NCBI GenBank assembly: GCA_963798085.1
Contig: CAWCRS010000001.1
Location: 128,001 to 192,000 of the forward strand
DNA from: an uncultured Gemmatimonadales bacterium
Lineage (GTDB): Bacteria; Gemmatimonadota; Gemmatimonadetes; Longimicrobiales; RSA9
Direction: 5' to 3'
DNA: 64,000 nt
The position numbers were made by a program, and so were the translations under genes. Positions within the stretch are counted from its first letter, which is position 1; each line of letters opens with the position of its first letter. Positions 59,030-64,000 of the stretch are shown piece after piece. Below the pieces are notes generated by a model. The model saw only the letters and a list, made by a program, of their open reading frames with translations. It was not told where the DNA came from and did not search any database.

Positions 59030-60117
59030 TTCGGGAAGATCGCCGGGAACACGACATCGGTCGTGTAGATGCAGCGATCGTTGTGGCCGCATTCGGGAAC
59101 GATGATCGCGTTGTGATGCGCGCCCATGGTCCCGTTCACGTACGTGAAGAAGGCTTCGCCGCGGGCGCGACGCGTGGGCCCCTGCGCCATGGCGGCGGGC
59201 GAGGAATCGAAGCCACCCAGCGGCAGCACGTCGACCTGGCCGAGCAGGTACGTGGTGGGCCGCTCGACCAGCTGCCTGCGCAGCTGCTCCGCGCTCATGC
59301 CCGCGGTGTAGCCATCGAGCGAGTCGAGGCCCATGGGCCAGCGGTCGTAGTTGCGCACTTTCGTGGCATCGAACGGGCCGTACGTGAAGTTGTCGTGTAC
59401 CGTCTCGCCGTCGCGACCTAACGCTTCCTTGTCGGCGCTGGCGGGGTCGGCATCGTCCTGCGGCAGCGGCCGCAGCGCCACGGGCCAGGCATAGCTCGAG
59501 GGATTGGCCACGACGTAACTGATGGTGACGCCCAGCCTGTCGTGTACCTTGTTGGCCATTTCGTAGCGTGTGGCGAACTGGCCGCCCGCGGAATGGCCGG
59601 CCACGACGATGTGCGTGAGGTTCGGAAACGTCTTCTTGTCCGCGAACCTGCGCAGCAGCTCGTCGACGAAGTCGAATGACGTGAGTGTCGGATTGGTGGG
59701 TGAGTTGCCGCCCGAGCGCCAGCTGTTGCGGCCTTCGGGCCAGACGATCTCGTTCGCCCGCGGCGTGTCGCGCGCCGCGATCATGTGCGGCGCCACTACC
59801 ACCGTGTTATCCAGCGCCCCGGCCAGGAAGGCCGCGGCCATGGCGGTCTCGAAGTAATGGTCGGCGTTGCGGTTGGCGCCGTGCACCATGATGAGCGCGC
59901 GGGTGATGGCGGGATTCGGCGTGTCCAGCGGGTAGCTGGCGTAGACCATGGACCGGCCCGGCCCGCCGCCCAGCGTCACCCAGCGCTCGCACGCGGGGGT
60001 CGCGGTCGTGCAGGCCGAGGCCCGGCGGACCGCGGAAGCGCTGCCGTACGGTTCCCGCAATGGGACCGCCAACAGCGTCGTGAGCAGCACGAACGGGGCG
60101 ATACGCATGGTGGCCAT
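59026..60117 (-). CDS. Secreted alpha/beta-fold hydrolase
   Basis: Signal-like N-terminus; MVHGANRNA, nucleophile elbow GHSAGGQ, VANPSSY, QG..RRARG, CGH. Confidence 0.85.
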   Translation of the reverse strand: MATMRIAPFVLLTTLLAVPLREPYGSASAVRRASACTTATPACERWVTLGGGPGRSMVYASYPLDTPNPAITRALIMVHGANRNADHYFETAMAAAFLAGALDNTVVVAPHMIAARDTPRANEIVWPEGRNSWRSGGNSPTNPTLTSFDFVDELLRRFADKKTFPNLTHIVVAGHSAGGQFATRYEMANKVHDRLGVTISYVVANPSSYAWPVALRPLPQDDADPASADKEALGRDGETVHDNFTYGPFDATKVRNYDRWPMGLDSLDGYTAGMSAEQLRRQLVERPTTYLLGQVDVLPLGGFDSSPAAMAQGPTRRARGEAFFTYVNGTMGAHHNAIIVPECGHNDRCIYTTDVVFPAIFPK

Positions 60118-60218
60118 CCGGGCATGGGTGTCGAGCGATTGTCGCTCCCATCCTGCGCGGCCGCGGCCGACGGCGCAACGTCTGGCGACGTCCGTCGTGC
60201 GGAGGATCGGGCTCGCGT

Positions 60219-62911
60219 TCAGCCGCCGTCGCGGAGGCTCGTCGACGGATCGATGCGGGCGGCGCGCCGCGCCGGCTGGAGCGAGGCGAGGATCACGGCG
60301 GCCGCGACGACCGTCGTGGCGATGGCGAAAGCGAGCGGATCCATGGGTCGCACGTGGAAGAGGAAGCCGCGCAGCAGCCGCGTCAGTGCGAAAGCGCCGG
60401 CCAGACCACCGAGGAGGCCCGCCACCAGCACGCGCATTCCCTGCCCCAGCACGAGGGCGTGGATGGTGCGTGCCTCCGCGCCGATGGCCATGCGGATGCC
60501 CAGTTCGCGGGTACGGGAGCGCACACTGAAGGCGAGCGTGCCATAATGCCGACGGCGGCGAGCAGCAGTGCCGAAAGCGCGAATCCGCCGACCAGCGCGG
60601 TCTGGAAACGCGGCACCGCGCGGGTCGCTGCGACGCGTGCGTCCATGCTGGCGAAGTCCATCGGGGGCACGCGGCCGTATCCGGCGCTCGCCAGTGCGTA
60701 CCGGATGTCCGGCAGCAGGCTTCCCGGCTCACGCGCGCTGGACAGCACCACGTTCAGGCCGACGGGGCCCGACTGCGTGTACGGCAGATAGATCGCGGGC
60801 TGCAGCCCATCCTCGACGCGCGACTGCACCGCATCGCCGCTCACGCCGACCACCTCGACGCTCTGCGGCGGGCTGCCGGACTCGTCCGTCAGGCGCAGCA
60901 CCTGACCGAGGGGGTCCGCGTTGCCGAAACGGGCGCGCGCCAGTGACTCGCTGATGATGCAGACGGCGCGCGTGTCGGGCCGGTCCGCATCCGTGAATTC
61001 GCGCCCCCGTCGCAGCGGAACACCCGTGAGCGCCAGATAACCCGGCGTTATCACATAGCTCGGAGTGGCGACGCCCTCGTCGGATCCCGGCTGGTCGGCC
61101 CGCTCCACCCGCACGGCCTGCGTCGAGCGCTGCAGTGGCACGCTGGACGTGATGCCGGCATGCGTCACGCCCGGCGTCGACTGCACGGCCTCGAGGATAT
61201 CGCCCCACGCCGGCACGATCTGATCGGTCTTCCAGGGGAAGAAGAACGTCTGCAGGTCATGCGGCTGAAAGCCGAGCGGCTGCGCCCGCAGCTCCGCGAA
61301 CGAACGGAAGAGCAGGCTGGCGCCGACGCCCAGCACGAGCGCCAGCGCCAGCTGCGTCGCGGCCAGCACGGAGCGCAGGCGGGCGCTTTCCCGGGTGAGC
61401 ACGCCGGCCTGCACACGCATGCTGGCCAGGCCCGCGACATGACCGGCGCGCAGCGCGGGAATGAGACCAATGGCACCGCCCACCACGATCGACAGCAGCA
61501 CACCGGCCAGCGCGATCCGCCGATTCACCGCCACCTCATGAAGGCGCGGCAGGTCCTGCGGTCCCCAGTTCTGGAATGCGGCGACGCCCAGCCGCGCCAT
61601 CAGCAGGCCGACCAGCCCGCCGAGCATGGCGAGCCCGATGCCTTCCGCCACGTGGCTCACCACGATGCGGCCGCGGCCGGCGCCCAGCGCCCGCCGGATG
61701 GCCACGTCGCCGCTGCGCTCCAGGCCGCGTACCAACAGCAGGTTAGCCGCGTTCATGCCGGCCAGCAGCAGCACCAGCAGGGCGGCGCCCAGCAGCACCA
61801 GCGTGGGCCGCGCCGCGCTGCCCACGGTCGCGTCACGCAGCGTGTTGAGGCCCGTGCCCACGGGCGTACCGTCGCGCAACAGGTTGCCCGCCGGCTCGTC
61901 GCGCATCAGCTGCGCCTGCGCCGCATCCAGCTCCCTGCGCACCTGCGCCTCACTGGCACCCGGCCGCAACTGCGCCAGCACGCGCACGGAGTGGCGCTGC
62001 CGGTCGTTGTAGCGTCGTTCCGTCGGGTCCAGGTAGATGAAGAACTCGACGTCGCCTTCGACAATGGCCTGCGGCTGGCGGAAGCTCCGCGGCAGCACGC
62101 CGACAATGGTGAACTGGCCGCCCATGACCTCGTGGCCGACCACGGCGGGATCGCCGCCGAAGCGACCCTGCCAGCCGTCATAACTGATCAGCGCGGGTAC
62201 ACCCGAAGCCTGCTCGTGGTCACCAGGCCCCAGCAATCGACCGAGTCGCGGCTTCACGCCGAGCATCTGGAAGAACTCCGGTGTTACGTTGGCCACCTCA
62301 ATGGGCGCCGCATCCTGACCCTGATTCGACAGCCACTGCCTCCGCTCGAGCATCGCTACCGACGCGAGATCCGGCAGCTTCGCCTGCAGATCGCGCACGT
62401 TGGGCGCCGACATCCTCTGCAGTGTGAGCAGCCCCTCCTGCGCCTTCGGCGCCAACCTTTCCGGCAGGACATTACCCAGCAGGACCAGACGGTCCGCGTG
62501 CGGATAGGGCAACGCCCGAACCAGCATCGCATCGACCACACTGTACAGCGTCGTCGTCGCGCCAATGCCGATCCCGAGCGTGGCAATCACGATCACGCTG
62601 TAACCCGGCCGTCGGGTGATGCCGCGCACGACCTGGCGCAGCTCGGTCCACGTGATCGCGGACGCGGCGCGGCGCGGTTCGCGCTCCGCGCGCGCACCGG
62701 GCGAGCGCCGCCCGAACCACCAGTGCCGGAGGGACCGCACCACATCGAGGACGAAGCCGGCACGTACCCGCATGGTATTCCCCTCCTGTTGCACGCGACA
62801 ATGCCACGCTTCCTCCAGATCGCCGAGCAGCGTTTCCGCATCCGCACCAATGATCGCTCGCATCAGCAGACGCCCGGGCCAGGGCGGACGCGGTGGCGTG
62901 CGACGGCTCAT
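60219..62911 (-). CDS. ADOP-type duplicated ABC permease; one frameshift near 60545
   Basis: LGDLEE prefix, GIGATTTLYSVV, NAANLLL, AIRRALGAG; adding one T restores GIYGTLAFSV; ELGIRMAIGA, PARRAARIDP. Confidence 0.88.
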
Positions 62912-63276
62912 CGGGCAGGGCCTTTGCGCCGGGCAGCGAGACCTGCAAACTGCGCGCGCAGCGCCGGCACCACGCCCAGCGACATGTCGGAGAGCGCCTG
63001 CACCGATTCCGCCAGCATGCGCGCGCCTTCCGTCTCCAGCCGGTAGAGGCGTTTGCTGCGGCCACCACGCTCGCCTGTCGGCTCGCCCAGCCGGCTCGCC
63101 ACCAGCCCCCTCGCCTCCAGCCGGCTGAGCGCCGTGTAGACCGCGCCCGCCGACACCCGCCGCTCCGTGCGTTCCTCGATCAGCTCGCGGATCGGCACGC
63201 CATACGCCTGCTCGGCTGGCAGGTCCAGCAGTGCCAGCAGGATGAGGTGTTCGAAATGACCAATGCCGCGCGCCAT
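62908..63276 (-). CDS. PadR-family transcriptional regulator
   Basis: EHLILLAL, AYGVPI, GAVYTALSRLE, GGRSKRLYRL; ATGA overlap with the permease. Confidence 0.92.
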   Translation of the reverse strand: MARGIGHFEHLILLALLDLPAEQAYGVPIRELIEERTERRVSAGAVYTALSRLEARGLVASRLGEPTGERGGRSKRLYRLETEGARMLAESVQALSDMSLGVVPALRAQFAGLAARRKGPAR

Positions 63277-63452
63277 GGGCAATTAGTACTACACTGCATG
63301 GATAATGGCAAGCGTGATGCGCCGAAACCCGGAACACCGCGTGCGCGCGAAGCGCAGACCGAGTCCACAATGATCGTAGCGGACGTCGGCTGCCGACCAA
63401 TGCTCCGGGCAATGCGCCCGATTCACTGAACGAGTGTTGGTGTGTGCGCCGC

Positions 63453-63983
63453 TCAGCGGCTGTCGCTTCCCAGCGCTTTCGCAATTGCGTTCCATGTGCC
63501 CCAGCTGCGCGTGGTGGCCGGCGCGCCGAAAACCTGATCCAGCCTGCCCAGCTGGCTGATGACCTTCATCTGGCGCCGGTGTACACCGATCACGAAGCGC
63601 TGGCGGCAGGCGAGGATGCGCACGAGCCACTCGCCGCCCTCCGGCAGATCCAGAGGCAGCGATGGCGTACGGCGCGCAGCCCGTGACAGCAGGCTCACGA
63701 AGCGGATGATGTCGGGTCGTGGCGGATGATCCGCGAAGAAGTCGTGCGCGACGAGGCCCGTCACGTCGCGGCCATCGCAGATCATGATCTCCGCATCGAA
63801 CGGAAGTCGGCGCAGCACTTCCGTGCGCAGCTTCGCCCGAGTGACCGGGCGCCGCACCACGAAGGTACCGGTCGCGCCAATGTTGAGCGCATCCGAATGC
63901 CTCAACTGGCGGGCAAGCTCCGCCGGCCGGAACCGTCTGTGCCCGCCGACGTTGATGCCTCTCAGCAGCAGGACGAGCGCCAT
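63453..63983 (-). CDS. DUF1697-family protein
   Basis: LLLRGINVGGH, TGTFVV, ATTRSWGT. Confidence 0.85.
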   Translation of the reverse strand: MALVLLLRGINVGGHRRFRPAELARQLRHSDALNIGATGTFVVRRPVTRAKLRTEVLRRLPFDAEIMICDGRDVTGLVAHDFFADHPPRPDIIRFVSLLSRAARRTPSLPLDLPEGGEWLVRILACRQRFVIGVHRRQMKVISQLGRLDQVFGAPATTRSWGTWNAIAKALGSDSR

Positions 63984-64000
63984 GCGTCAGCGGCGCACCG

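Noticed and set aside
63280..63305. PadR operator upstream of padR
   Set aside because: AT-rich but only weakly palindromic; cannot be distinguished from a -10 region

Overview
GC-rich bacterial window. The gene content (SusC/SusD pair, PadR plus orphan MacB-type permeases, DUF885, a T2SS) suggests Gemmatimonadota; this is an inference. 1-21.3 kb: a glucuronoxylan-type polysaccharide utilisation locus with a GPH transporter, 2x GH3, GH67, 2x GH43, GH8, SusD, SusC and a divergent uncharacterised six-hairpin glycosidase. Three of its intergenic regions share an AT-rich near-palindrome. 21-39 kb: accessory genes (PP2C, Tat amidohydrolase, GH36-like, PIG-L, permeases, DUF885, OM barrel, PepSY-like, glycine-zipper lipoprotein with a structured leader, cupin). 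39-49.6 kb: type II secretion cluster gspG-F-H-I-J-K-L-M-C-D-E, with a 21-bp tandem repeat at the gspI/gspJ junction. 49.8-50.1 kb: REP-like repeats. 51.6-56.4 kb: a Cys/His/Met-rich DUF2946-like leader ORF, a TonB-dependent receptor, a BNR lipoprotein and TlpA, forming a candidate metal-sensing arrest-peptide system. The window ends with DinB, SnoaL, an alpha/beta hydrolase, PadR-permease and DUF1697. Several genes carry single-base frameshifts (possibly sequencing errors) and several others are remnants with large deletions. No rRNA, tRNA, CRISPR array or transposase was seen. All calls come from motif reading by eye; no database searches were run.
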